A stretch of DNA of 63,984 nucleotides, counting the filler, from Octopus bimaculoides (taxonomy: Eukaryota): the NCBI RefSeq assembly GCF_001194135.2. It is 9 parts of 9 records of this genome, joined end to end, with 100 filler letters (N's around TTAATTAATTAA, not from the genome) between each part and the next. Parts side by side here need not be neighbours in the genome. Positions count along the whole stretch, not along the records: positions 35,788 to 44,807 come from NC_068983.1; positions 44,908 to 46,579 come from NC_068994.1; positions 46,680 to 53,076 come from NC_069006.1; 6 more parts are not named here. The stretch is one strand, 5' to 3'. A model generated the notes under the pieces. The model had not been told where the DNA came from and did no database searches. It was given only the letters and a program-made list of their open reading frames with translations. Numbering within the stretch: position 1 is the first letter of the stretch; each line of letters begins with the position of its first letter. Both the position numbers and the translations under genes were made by a program. Below are positions 39,851 through 52,391 of the stretch, in pieces.

Positions 39851-41704
39851 ATATGTATATATATGCATATACATATATGTATACACATGGTTGCCTACAT
39901 GTGTTGTAAAAGGTAAAGTAATGCCTAATTTGTCAGCAGACTTGTAATGAGGACCTCATCAAATATGAATTAATGGATCTAGTTAGTTTCATTTACAAAA
40001 TGAGCCCCGTTTAATTTTGCTCAAATTGCTTTCAATTTTGGTGTATTGATGCAACTCTGAATTTTGATTATGATCAACCAATTACTTTATCTCGTAAATT
40101 AAAGAATCTGATGTTACTTGGAATTAAAGTTGGGAAATTTTGGGTAATTTTAGACAGTCAACAGACAGCTAGGCATTAACAGCTTGTTACCATGACAACT
40201 GCATGTTGTGTTGTGTTGTGTTTCACTACACCTGCATGTTGTGTTGATTCTTCACACCATGAGATTTACTTCACCTGTGTGCTTTGTTTTAATAAAAATC
40301 TATATTTATCAATTAGAATTCTGTTATAGATATTTTTCATCAATTGTCTTGATATTTTACATCTTTTTCATATATAGCAAAAGTTGTTTGCGATGTTTTT
40401 ACAGTTTCTTGGCATTATGAAGGTGAATGGAATATGTGAACTTAGTATACAACCACACACCTACACTTCAAGCACAGTACTGACAAAGCATCTGCGATTC
40501 ATTGACTCAGTATTGCCAAGCTTCAGGGACTCATTGACTCAGATAGGTGGATTTATGATTTCACTAGGTTAATTATATTCATAAAAAATTAAATTAGGAG
40601 TATTTCTTAAACCGTTAGCTTCACATTTCAGCAGCTTAACTGAAATCTAGCACACGTAACAGGAACTGAGAGGGATATTGTGGAAAAGAGAAACTGTGGG
40701 TGATACTGATAATTTGACATTATTTTTGAATTCTGCATTCAAAAGCATATATGATACAGGTATTCTTTTCCTTGAGACAAATTCTTTGTTGACCAGTTTT
40801 ATTCTTATCGTATTTTAGAAATCCAAGCATGGAAACATTACTCAACGTTGGAGTTTTGGAGACAGAGGCCCCTGTTACACACACACACGCGTGTGCACAC
40901 TCACATATGTACTTATATATTAATGATGTACACAAATATATGACAGGTACATATAATGCTGAAATATGCATAAAGTAAACACATGCAAACAAATATATTA
41001 ATATAACAAATTAAAAAAGATAATAAAAACATACAATCAATGAAGAGACAAAACAAACAGTAAGATGATACATGTTGATTTTATTAGGTATTTCTCTTTA
41101 TTTAGAAACCCACAATGAAGAGGTCATTTCACAGATGCTAAACTATAAATTTCACAGGGTACGACCTTAAAGTTGACGCCGCTCTGCTAAACGCAGAAAA
41201 TTTCTGTCTTGCTATGGGCTACAAATACACAGTTTTTACAATTTTTAAACCTCTGTAACATTTTCATCCAATTTTTTTCTCCACAACATCATACCTTCAT
41301 AGCAGTAAGACTGGAAAACTACATTATGATAACTGATTTTTAGATTTTTTACTTCCTTTTAAAAAATGCATATTTTGCAAATCAGTTTGATTAGATCTGA
41401 ATTAAGTTGCCTAACCACCTGTTATTAAACATCCTGAACTCAACCAGAAGTTGCCATTCAGCTAATGTTAACTCAGCTTCTGGAAATTTACTAACTTCAT
41501 CTGACAAATTAGTTTTCAGTTTGAATATTTCCAATCCTACCAAATAAAGTTTGTTTTCCTGGATTTTGCCCATATTTGCCATTGCATACAGCTAAATTTG
41601 TCACTGTACTCACTGCCAACACTCACCTTACTGGCAGCTCCCTGTGCATGGCCTTAACTTCTCTCCTACCTTCAGTCTGTTAAAGTCTGTCATACCGGCC
41701 ATGA

Positions 41705-41756
41705 TGAAATACCACAAGGTATAGAAAATATGAAATACCACAAGGTATAGAAAATA
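41705..41756. repeat. 26-bp direct tandem duplication
   Basis: tgaaataccacaaggtatagaaaata x2. Confidence 0.9.
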
Positions 41757-44700
41757 CATATTCGCCTTTATATATTTATATATTTAATCCTTTATATTGA
41801 ACACTCAATATTTCATCTATTCAATAAGACATATTCCATATATTCAATAAGACATTCAATACTTTATTTCATAGTACCATCCATTTTTATTTTATATTAT
41901 ATATTGTATATTATATTATATATTGTATATTCCATATTCTATATCCCACATTGGTTTTGCAGGAATATAAATAAAACNNNNNNNNNNNNNNNNNNNNNNN
42001 NNNNNNNNNNNNNNNNNNNNNNNNNNNNNNNNNNNNNNNNNNNNNNNNNNNNNNNNNNNNNNNNNNNNNNNNNNNNNNNNNNNNNNNNNNNNNNNNNNNN
42101 NNNNNNNNNNNNNNNNNNNNNNNNNNNNNNNNNNNNNNNNNNNNNNNNNNNNNNNNNNNNNNNNNNNNNNNNNNNNNNNNNNNNNNNNNNNNNNNNNNNN
42201 NNNNNNNTATATACCATTAATTTATATTAATTTATAATAACTTTTTACCCGCACCCATTTATTGCACTTGGTAATGTAATTGCCATGCAATGAAAAAACA
42301 CTAATGTAATAATAATTTGGCATTCTTCCAGCAGTATAGTGGGTAGATATTATACCTTAGTGGGTTGGATTCACAACCCCTAACTTTCTTGAATATATAC
42401 ATATATATATATATATTCCTATAGTAAAAGATGTGGGGTGGGGGGAATGTAATGTGATATATTAAAACAGGTTAATGATTTACTACATGAAACACATGGA
42501 CACCCATTCAGAAGAGGTTGAGAAGCCTCCACCTGGAGGAGGTCAGGAAATTTCACTTCTCTGACTTCTTCTCAGTTTCTGAACATCAGTTTGACCAGGA
42601 TGTGAAACCTCCCACCTCATATTTAGCAGCTAAGTTTGGCTGTATAAGGAGTATTAGTGTGATTTCGACCAATCGTCTATCTATGTTGTGCTTGATGTAT
42701 TCAGTTCTCCCTTTGTTCTCAATTAGTACTGTGTTCAACTTACATTTTGCAAGTCACTCAGTTGTTCCATATCATTTCTTGTTCAGATATGAATTTTAAG
42801 CTGGGCTCCTTTTTCTGTTTCTTTCTTTTTTTTTTTTGTTTAGGTACCATGGACATACATGTTGCTCCATGAGTCCTCCCTGACTTTTTACCTTCACATT
42901 CAGTTTTAAATAATAAGCTCATACTTTCATACACTCTGTCCTGTTGATGTAACATACATCCAAGCTGCTTTCAACTTCTCTTTCATAGACACATAGAAGC
43001 TCCTCTTTTTTAATAAAAAAATATATACATCCCTTCTCCTTTCCTTTTTTCTTGGGTAAATTTGTCAAGCAAGGAGCCACTTTACTTTGAGACATATTTC
43101 TTCCATATTTTTTTTTTTGCCTGGAGCTGTCTCTAGTCTCTAACTCCCTATTTCGTTTGTGATACTAACAAAAGATTAGTTATTATTATTGCAGTTGTTG
43201 GTGTTTCTGTTATTGTCATTTAAGTTAGCATTTTCACCACTCTGTTATCTTTTTTTTTGTGTTTCTCAAATTGTAACTATTTGTGTTTATAACAGAGTAT
43301 GTTTGTTTACTTGTCATTTTTCTGCTTTTTTTTCTTTTTTTTTCTCATAAAGTTATTGTGATTAAAAAAAAAATGATGATGAGCATATTCACCACAATAA
43401 ACCATGAATAAACAAACCAAATGGACGTTTGCAGAAACAAATGTACAGAGTAAAAAATGCTTCTTTTCCATCCCAGGTAATGGAACAGACATTTAAATAT
43501 TCTAAAGCTCTTTGTTAGTGAAAAGAACCAAAATAATTTTTTTACCATCAAGTAATCACTTTCTAACTTGTGTTCTATGTAATGTCAAAGTTCATTGCAA
43601 ACAACAACAAGAACCACAAAGAATGATTTCAAATTTTGGCACATGGCCAGACAATTTCCGGGGTGGGGGGTGGGGGCAACCCTAATACTTAACTGGTACT
43701 TATTTTTTCAACCCTGAAGGGATGAAAGGCAAAGTTGACCCCAGCAGAATTTGAATGTGGAATGTGATGATGGATGAAATACTGCCAAGCATTTCACCCA
43801 GTGTGCTAACGATACTTATTTCTTTATTGCCCACAAGGGGCTAAACATAGAGGGGACAAACAAGGACAGACAAAGGGATTAAGTTGATTACATCAACCCC
43901 AGTGCGTAGCTGGTACTTAATTTATTGACCCCGAAAGGATGAAAGGCAAAGTCGACCTCGGCAGAATTTGAACTCAGAACATAACAGCAGACGAAATACC
44001 GCTAAGCATTTTGCCCGGCATGCTAATGATTCTGCCAACTCACTACCTTAAAGAACCACAAGGTATGATAACTGTTTCCGATCTAGGTACAAGGCCAGCA
44101 ATTTTAGGAGAAGAGGGTTAGTTGATTAAATCGACTGCAATACTTGACTGCTACTTTATTTCATTGACCTCCCCATCATCTCTAACCACAGAGGTATGGA
44201 AAACAGAGTTAGCCTTGGCAGGATTTGAACTTAGATTGTAGACTGATGTGACTAAATACTGTGAAGCACTTTTACTGATGCTCTAATGATTCTCTCAATA
44301 CACAAACCTTAATAATTGTTTCAAATTTAGGCACAAGGCCAGTGATTTTGGTGGAGGAGAAGCTACTTCATGCCATTGACACCAGTACATGACTGTTTAT
44401 GCTTTTGTATTAATTCCAGACAAATAAAAAGCAGGGCTGACCTCAGCAGTAACTGAACTCAGGACATCATCATCACAACTGCTGCCGCCATAATCATCAT
44501 CATCATCATTTAACATCCAATTTTTCTATGATTGCTTGGGTTGGACTCAATATGTTTGAGGGAGACTTTTTATAGCTGAATGCCCTTTCTGCTGCTAACC
44601 CTCATCTATTTTCAGGCCAGACTTGTTCTCACAGAGCATTGGAAATGCATGACAGTGACAATCACTTACAACTAGCATGCGATGTCAAGACAAGGAGAAT

Positions 44701-44776
44701 CAGACACAGACATTCTTACATACATACATGTACGCTATACACACACACACACATATATGATGATGATGATGATATA

Positions 44777-44807
<31 letters not shown>

Positions 44808-46536
44808 NNNNNNNNNNNNNNNNNNNNNNNNNNNNNNNNNNNNNNNNNNNNTTAATTAATTAANNNNNNNNNNNNNNNNNNNNNNNNNNNNNNNNNNNNN
44901 NNNNNNNTATATATATATACTATACTATACACCGTCTACTAAATTCACTTACACGGATTTTGTCGACCTGGAGCTATAGTAGAAGCCATCTTCCCAATGT
45001 GCCGTGCAGTGGGACTGATACTGGAACCATACATAAGACTTCGACGTATATAAAAAGAATAAAGGATACGTATAAGCATTGGGTGTTTTGCATAATTAAA
45101 ACAAGTAGGACACGTGTAGATTCCACGAGAGAGAAAAATTAATAGGACCTATTTAGAAAGAAAGGATGATTTGCATTTTTTTAGCATTCATAGTTTAGCT
45201 TTCTTTAAATATTCTTGACGTTCGTCTACATTCATTTCCTCACATCTCCGTTGCTGTTGTCTTTGTTCTCTATTTCTATCTTAACCCATTATTATTAAGC
45301 GGTAAGCTGGTAGAATCATTTGTGCACCGAACAAAATGCTTGGTGACATTTCATCTGTCATCACGTTCTGAGAAGAAATTCCGTCGAGGTCAACTTTGCC
45401 TTTCATCCTTTCGGGGTTGATTAAATAAGTACCAGTTACCCACTGGAGTCGATGTAGTCAACTGGCGCCCTCCCCCTAAATTTCAGGCCTTGTGCCTATA
45501 GTAGAAAAATAAATGCCTCTTGAACACTGAGGTCAATGTAATCGACTTACTCCCTCCCCCGAAATTGCTGGCTTTATTCCAAAATTTGAAAGCAATATCA
45601 TACAGCAATTAATAGATAAGCATAATCCTATAGAAATGTCAGCAATACTCCGATGTTGAGTTTTACTTAAGCTTTGTAAAGAGTTAACAGCCGATCAGAA
45701 CTCAAGTATTTTTTGGCGTTAGAAAAAAATCTGGTTTTCGTGGTTTACTATTATTTATGTATGTATGGTTGCTATGAGACATTTCATCCTTTAGGGGTCG
45801 ATAAAATAACAGTTGAACACAAGGGTCAATGTAATCGACTTCTTCCCTCGAAATTGCTGGCCTTCTACCAAAATTCGAAATTAGTATTTTACAGTGGGAG
45901 GATTAAGTAGCGCAAGCAGTACCGGATTTAGGACAAATGTGGCTCTGTGATAGTTAAGTTATGAGGCCTCTTACTTGGACAGTCAGGCACACATGCTCAA
46001 GAAATTCGCCGTAAAATACTTTTTGGGTATGAAGACGCCCCCACCCTAGGCACAATTGTAAATCCAGCACTGGGCACAAGGTATTTTGGATTGCAGAGAT
46101 GTGTGTTAGTATATATCAGGAAGTCATTGGTGAGAATCGTGTACATAATGATTGTCGCACAGTTGCACTCACCGCAGCTGAAAAGAAAGACGCCTTGAAA
46201 ATGCTAACTCGAGCGGTTGCTGAATGATATTGGGTAACATACCTTCCGTTACAGCAAAGACCCTAAAATGTAAATTGGCTTCTCTGTGCAGTCTGAACAC
46301 TCCACGCTACGCCTCTGTAACAAATGATTTATAGAGTAATCCGAAAATTATTTTTTAAGTAAGGAACAAAACTAGACGAGTTTTTTTTTTTATCGTACAG
46401 GTATAGTTGTGTAATAAAGAAGCTTTCTTTCCCAACCATACGGGCTTGCGTTCAGCCCCAATGCACGACACCTTAGAGAAGTGTCTTCTACTATAGTTTC
46501 AAGCCAAGCTAACCAAAGCCTTGTGAGGGGATTGAC

Positions 46537-46579
<43 letters not shown>

Positions 46580-46679
46580 NNNNNNNNNNNNNNNNNNNNN
46601 NNNNNNNNNNNNNNNNNNNNNNNTTAATTAATTAANNNNNNNNNNNNNNNNNNNNNNNNNNNNNNNNNNNNNNNNNNNN

Positions 46680-46710
<31 letters not shown>

Positions 46711-46922
46711 GTTGGCAGGCTGGCAGAATCGTTAACATGCTGGGCAAAATACTTAGCAACATTTTGTCCATCACTATGTTCTGAGTTCAAATTCCGTCGA
46801 GGTCAACTTCACCTTTCATTCTTTCGGGGTCAATAAATTAAGTACCAGTGAAACACTGGGAGCGATGTAATTGACTAGTCCCCTCCCCCAAAATTTCAGC
46901 CCTTGTGTCTGTAGTAAAAAGG

Positions 46923-46963
<41 letters not shown>

Positions 46964-47169
46964 GTCTCTGTATTATCATATGGGTATTCATACAAGTACT
47001 TAGAAATCTAGAGTTATGTGTATGTACAGAAAGCATAGGTTAGTGATTTCTGTGGCAATGGTGATGACGAATGAGGCAGTCGCAGAAGAGAAAGAAACAA
47101 GGCAGAAACATGCTGCTGCCATGCCTAGAGAAATATTAGTTAGTGAGTTGTATGGTTATGGCAACTTAC

Positions 47170-47291
47170 ATGTTGCTGTTTAAAACAGTTCTGTAGATGA
47201 CCCATTTGTTCCAGCAATGTTGTGTATTGGTTCGTCAGGGTCGTGAACTCCTTCTGCAGGGTTTTGTTTGCTAGTTTCTCGTCTGTTGACT
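47170..47291 (-). CDS. Coiled-coil protein, exon C: (K)STDEKLANKTLQKEFTTLTNQYTTLLEQMGHLQNCFKQQH
   Basis: Acceptor ttctttctttttttatgaaacag|, donor CAT|gtaagt, 122 nt, phase 1 in (A+AG = Lys) and phase 0 out. Confidence 0.85.
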
Positions 47292-47429
47292 CTGTTTCAT
47301 AAAAAAAGAAAGAAAAATAAATAAAGGGAAAAAGACGAAAAAGTGTATGAAAAAATAGTTTAGAAGTTTTGATGGTTAGCAAAAACAAAAAACATAAAGA
47401 AATGGAGGGATATGAGTAGGTTTTATATT

Positions 47430-47640
47430 TCTTTACTATCCACAAGGGGCTACACACAGAGGGGACAAACGGATTAAGTCAATTACATCAACTCCAGTGC
47501 GTAACTGGTACTTATTTAATCGACCCTGAAAGGATGAAAGGCAAAATCGACTTCAGCGGAATTTGAACTCAGAACGTAGCGGCAGACAAAGTACCGCTAA
47601 GCATTTCGCCCGGCATGCTAACGTTTCTGCCAGCTCGTCG
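47430..47640 (-). mobile_element. tRNA-derived SINE family B. Other copies: 13856-14090(+), 15565-15730(+), 18700-18900(+), 27145-27300(-), 43620-44050(-, two), 45297-45510(+), 46710-46925(+), 50543-50757(+), 54330-54715(+), 57000-57155(+), 58455-58686(-)
   Basis: Recurrent GAGCTGGCAGAATCGTTAGC...GTTCTGAGTTCAAATTCCGCCGAGGTCGACTTTGCCTTTCATCCTTTCGGGGTCGATAAA..GTACCAG. Confidence 0.85.
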
Positions 47641-48946
47641 TCTTAGATATGAGTAGGTTTTTGGTAGGGCCTATGGTGTGGGGAGTGCAGTTCAGCCAGT
47701 ATACCAGACTCATAGAGGCATGTAGCTAAGTGGTTAGAGTGTTGGACTCATGATCGTAAGATTGCGGTTTCAATTCCTGGATTGGGCAATGCATTGTGTT
47801 CTTGAGCAAAACCCTTCATTTCATTTTGCTCTAGTCCACTCAGCTGGTAAAAGTGATTAATCACATCCCGAAGTGGCATCCCCTCCATAGAAACTAAGAA
47901 ACCAACTCTATGCTCCTTACAGAGTAATGAGGGCAGACCATACAGAAAGAGACTGGGGGAGATGCATGGCTTAGTGGTCAAGCTGTTGAACTCTTGATCA
48001 TAAGATTGTGGTTTCAGTTGCTGGACCAGGCGACGCATTGTATTCTTGAGAACTGAGGAGCATGGAGAACTGCTAAAGGGTCCAAAGAACCAATGAGGGG
48101 CTTGGAGAAACCATGAGAGACCTGAAGAATTAAGATGGGGGGCGGGGGGTGCTCTTGTGAAATTCTCATGTGTGGAGAAGACTCCACCGACCACCACCAC
48201 TCTTCCAAGGTGGGTCCCATGAGCAACTTCATTATTCCCATCTTGTGAAATTTCTCTTGGAGGCATCGGTTTTTGGTTCTAATCAGAATATTTGTGAGCA
48301 GAGACAGTTTAATATTGCACAACCTGTTAATTTAATATAGTTGGTTAGTTTTGAAAGCCCAAAGGGCTTAATGGAGCCCCCACCATAGCCCAGTCTTCAT
48401 GTAAAGAGTCAATACACTCCAAAGGGTTTGCTTATCTTCTTTATGTCTACAACAGAACTTGAATGAATTTTCTTTAACCCTTTAGATCACCAGGGAAGGG
48501 TTGAGCACATGATCCTTTATTTTTTCAAGGGCTCCGAAATGAGCATGAAGAGGAGGTTATCTTCAAACCAGGGATCTGAACCAGCTATTTGCATTAGAGT
48601 GAACTTTGCAAAAGGCCTACCCAGGGACCAGGTTGTGTTGTTAAACCAGCAGATGAAGCATGTGTTTGGCAAGTTCTGAAGATTAAAGTTCTTTGTAACA
48701 CAATTTATCCCCATCTTCTTTGACCCTTTTAATTCCAACCTGACTGAAACTGCCCCTGGGTTTTCCTATTTTAACCCTTTCGCATTCAAATTACTTTGTC
48801 AAATGCAATGCTTACTATTTATTCACTTTGTTTGGAATTAATCCTGCATTATCTCTCACAGCTTTGAGATTTCAATGATGTGATTATATTATTTTAGAAT
48901 GACATTGTAAGATATGTGTAAGAGGTCAGAAATGGGTGGTTTGAAC

Positions 48947-49655
48947 CAGGGCTGTGGAGTTGAAAGAAAAAAATTTGACTCCGACTCCTCTTTGTATAAT
49001 GAAGTGATTGTGGTCTAGATATCTCATAAAGCATACGCTTGTACTTTGAGTAGGCCCCTATGTTATAACTGGTTTATATTAAAGAATAAAGATATTGTGA
49101 GTCGGTGTGGGTATAGTTTTACAAACTCCAACTCCAGCTACCCCTTAATTGTCTCCAAATCTGACTCTGACTCCACAGCCCAGATATTCAACCTGTTTTA
49201 TGTTCAAACTAGGGCTGTGGATTAGAAAATTACTATTTGTAAATCTCATAACATGAGATATTCAGCAACAGTACTTTGGAGTAAAGATTGTTTGCCAACA
49301 TAACATGGCAGTCCTGGTTTAGGACGAATGTTGCTGTAATTTAGCCCCAGGAGACATCGTCTCCAGCAGGCCATACGACACAATCTGTGTCCTTATATTT
49401 TCGAACAAGGGAATCTAGCATCCCCACTCAGCTCAAAACAATATTCCTAGATTCTCTTGTTCGAAAATGTAAGGACACAGATCATGTCATGTGGCCTGCT
49501 GGAGACGATGTCTCCTGGGGCTAAATTACAGCAACATTCGTCCTAAACCAGGACTGCCATGTTATGTTGGCAAACAATCTTTACTCCAAAGTACTGTTGC
49601 TGAATATCTCATGTTATGAGATTTACAAATAGTAATTTTCTAATCCACAGCCCTG
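48947..49655. mobile_element. hAT-type non-autonomous insertion with CAGGGCTGTGGA termini and 8-bp TSD
   Basis: GTTTGAAC (48939-48946) | CAGGGCTGTGGA ... TCCACAGCCCTG | GTTTGAAC (49656-49663). Confidence 0.8.
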
Positions 49656-49687
49656 GTTTGAACATAAAACAGGTTGAATATCTGGGC
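49178..49687. repeat. 510-bp near-perfect palindrome (241-bp arms, 28-bp loop)
   Basis: 49178-49418 is the reverse complement of 49447-49687; mismatches lie mostly near the loop. Confidence 0.95.
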
Positions 49688-50154
49688 CTGATGTGGCTGG
49701 CTTAAATGCTAAAAGGTTTAAGTGATTGAGATTAAAGATCATCCATCAAGATTTCATGTTGATTTATGTTCCAGACTCCAGCTTAATAATGACAAAAGTT
49801 ATTTTACTCAATTCGTCATTGTTTTGCAAAATTAATTAAAACAAAGACAGTATATTTCTACAGAAATATGGTAACAAAAGGATTAAAGTGATCTAAATTA
49901 AAACCTTCCATCAAAAGTGTGTTCCAAACACCAGCTTAATAATGACAAAGTTATTTTACTAAATTCTTTGTAATTTAAAAAATTTATTGAAACAAAGGTA
50001 GACTTAATCAACAGAAATATGGTAAGAAAAAAGAGTTAAAAGAAAACAAACATCCTAATTAACAGGACTAAATTACTTTACACCCACCCCCCAAATCACA
50101 TCTTCATGAAACCCTTGAATATAATGATCAAACAAAGTACCAAATAGACCTCAC

Positions 50155-50284
50155 TTTTCGGGGCCAGGAGCGTTTGGTAATTTTTCTCTATTTTGATTCT
50201 CAATTTGCGTTCTTCTTTCAATTTGGTTTGACATCCAGCAATCTCCACCTGTTGTCTCTGATGAGCAGCAGTTAAATCTCTCAC
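50155..50284 (-). CDS. Coiled-coil protein, exon B: VRDLTAAHQRQQVEIAGCQTKLKEERKLRIKIEKNYQTLLAPK(K)
   Basis: Acceptor gtgttcaatccccag|, donor AAA|gtgagg, 130 nt, phase 0 in and phase 1 out, matching exon C. Confidence 0.85.
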
Positions 50285-51597
50285 CTGGGGATTGAACACA
50301 TGAAACAGTTAAGGCTCTCATTAGTACCTTGTACCACAGCACGCAGCAGGGATGTTTGTGTATATATATGTGTTTGTATATATAAAATGTTTGTATATAT
50401 ATATGTTTGTATATATATATGTTTGTATATATAAAACAGGTCGTGTGTATATATGCAGTATATAAAACAGGCTGTGCATATATATGTGTGTGTGGTGTAT
50501 AAAACAGGCTGTATGTTTATGTATCATTATACATCTAATTAAAGCAGCAAGCTGGCAGAATCGTTAGCACACCGGGCGAAATGCTTAGCAGCATTTCGTC
50601 TGTCGCTACATTCTGAGTTCAAATTCCATCAAGATCAACTTTGTCTTTCATCCTTTTCAGGGTCAATTAAATAAGTACCAGTTACACACTGAGGTCAATG
50701 TAATCAACTTAATTCTTTCTCCCCAAATTTCATGCCTTGTGCTTTTAGTAGGAAGGATTATTATTATTATTATTAAAAGAAATCATTATTATTATTATTA
50801 GTAGTAGTAGTAGGTGGCGAGCTGGCAGAATCAGGCAAAATGAGCGGAATGTAGTGATGGGGTGCAAGAGCAAATTCTCAGGGTACAAGAAGGTGAGCAT
50901 AAGAGAGGATATGGGAGAGGATGAGAGAGTAGATGCTTTCACAAGAGTCTGAGGGTGAGTAGAGAGGTGGAGGTAGAGGTTAATGTAGTGAGTGATAATA
51001 AACAAGGGAGGGGGTGCATATGATGGGGGAATAACCAGTATGCAAAGGGGTGGGAGATAATAATAGGAGTGGCTCAGGGAAGGAGCAGTAAAGAGGGAGA
51101 TATATAGGGATACATAAGGGGCCAGAGCAGGTGGGGGTCATGATGGTAGGTATGGGATGATATTGAGAATGATAGCAGACAAGGAAGGTGTTCAGAATGG
51201 AGTATGACAGAAGGGGGGGGGGAAGGGCAGTGGCACAGGAGGAGGAGATTGGTTGAAATAGTATGGGCAGGGAGGATGAGGGATGGAAGTAGTTTGGGGA
51301 CAGGAGAGCATTTGGGAGGGGGTTGGGATGTAACATGCAGATTTTGCCCTCGGCTGAGGACAGCAGTTATGCGGTGGTGGTGGNNNNNNNNNNNNNNNNN
51401 NNNNNNNNNNNNNNNNNNNNNNNNNNNNNNNNNNNNNNNNNNNNNNNNNNNNNNNNNNNNNNNNNNNNNNNNNNNNNNNNNNNNNNNNNNNNNNNNNNNN
51501 NNNNNNNNNNNNNNNNNNNNNNNNNNNNNNNNNNNNNNNNNNNNNNNNNNNNNNNNNNNNNNNNNNNNNNNNCATGCAAGTATATCTGAGTGGCATG

Positions 51598-52068
51598 AAT
51601 GTATGTACATGTGTGAATGTGTCTACATGGATGACCACATCCACATGTGTGGACTTTTCTCCATGTATAAGCAATGTCCATTTCTAAGCATGTATGTACA
51701 TGTGTGAATGTGTCTACATGGATGACCACATCCACGTGTGGACGTTTCTCCATGTATAAGCAATGTCCATTTCTAAGCATGTATGTACATGTGTGAATGT
51801 GTCTACATGGACGGCCACATCCACATGTGTGGACGTTTCTCCATGTATAAGCAATGTCCANNNNNNNNNNAATGTCCATTTCTAAGCATGTATGTACATG
51901 TGTGAATGTGTCTACATGGACGGCCACATCCACATGTGTGGACGTTTCTCCATGTATAAGCAATGTCCATTTCTAAGCATGTATATATACATGTGTGAAT
52001 GTGTCTACATGGATGACCACACCCACATGTGTGCCCATTTCTCCATGTATAAACAATGTCCATTTTTA
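51598..52068. repeat. Minisatellite, about 5 copies of a 91-bp unit
   Basis: Unit catgtatgtacatgtgtgaatgtgtctacatggatgaccacatccacatgtgtggacgtttctccatgtataagcaatgtccatttctaag; one copy is 89 bp. Confidence 0.95.
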
Positions 52069-52095
52069 ATTAACCCAAGGATTCCAAATACTGAC

Positions 52096-52281
52096 CTCCC
52101 TCTTCTCAGAGTCGACCAAAGTCTTCAGTTGTTCGATCTTGTTGAGTAGGGAAAGGTGGAACAGTTCCAAGTTTTCGTGTGAATTGCGCTCCTCAATCAA
52201 CTCCTTCTCCATCTCGGCCAGGCTGTCGACTAGGTTCTGCTTCTCAGCTTCGAGGACGGCAATTTTGTTGCTTGTGTCAGT
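52096..52281 (-). CDS. Unnamed coiled-coil protein, exon A: TDTSNKIAVLEAEKQNLVDSLAEMEKELIEERNSHENLELFHLSLLNKIEQLKTLVDSEKRE
   Basis: Acceptor tacttttaatctacaccag|, donor GAG|gtcagt, 186 nt, phase 0-0. GC-richer than its flanks, with heptad-like L/E/K composition. Confidence 0.85.
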
Positions 52282-52353
52282 CTGGTGTAGATTAAAAGTA
52301 ATAGAGAGAGAGTGTGAAAGGGGGAGGAAAACAGAGAGACAGATCAGAAAGCG

Positions 52354-52391
<38 letters not shown>

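Larger units (their letters stand above)
48720..50040. mobile_element. Nested piggyBac-like MITEs (TTAA-CCCTT...AAGG-TTAA ends) hosting the hAT insertion; outer 3' half duplicated
   Basis: Outer start ttgacccttttaattccaacc; inner ttaaccctttcgcattc (48771) to aaatgctaaaaggtttaa (about 49721). The segment ccagcttaataatgacaaag...ttattttact occurs twice (about 49777 and 49930). A related copy lies at about 10005-10210. Confidence 0.6.

Noticed and set aside
38576-41582. ORFs 38576-38851, 40720-40992 and 41391-41582 as extra exons of the coiled-coil gene
   Set aside because: They lack paired good splice sites in a compatible phase and have no recognisable sequence.
51367-52149. His/Cys-rich repeat ORFs resembling metal-binding proteins
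   Set aside because: They are translations of the 91-bp minisatellite and gaps.
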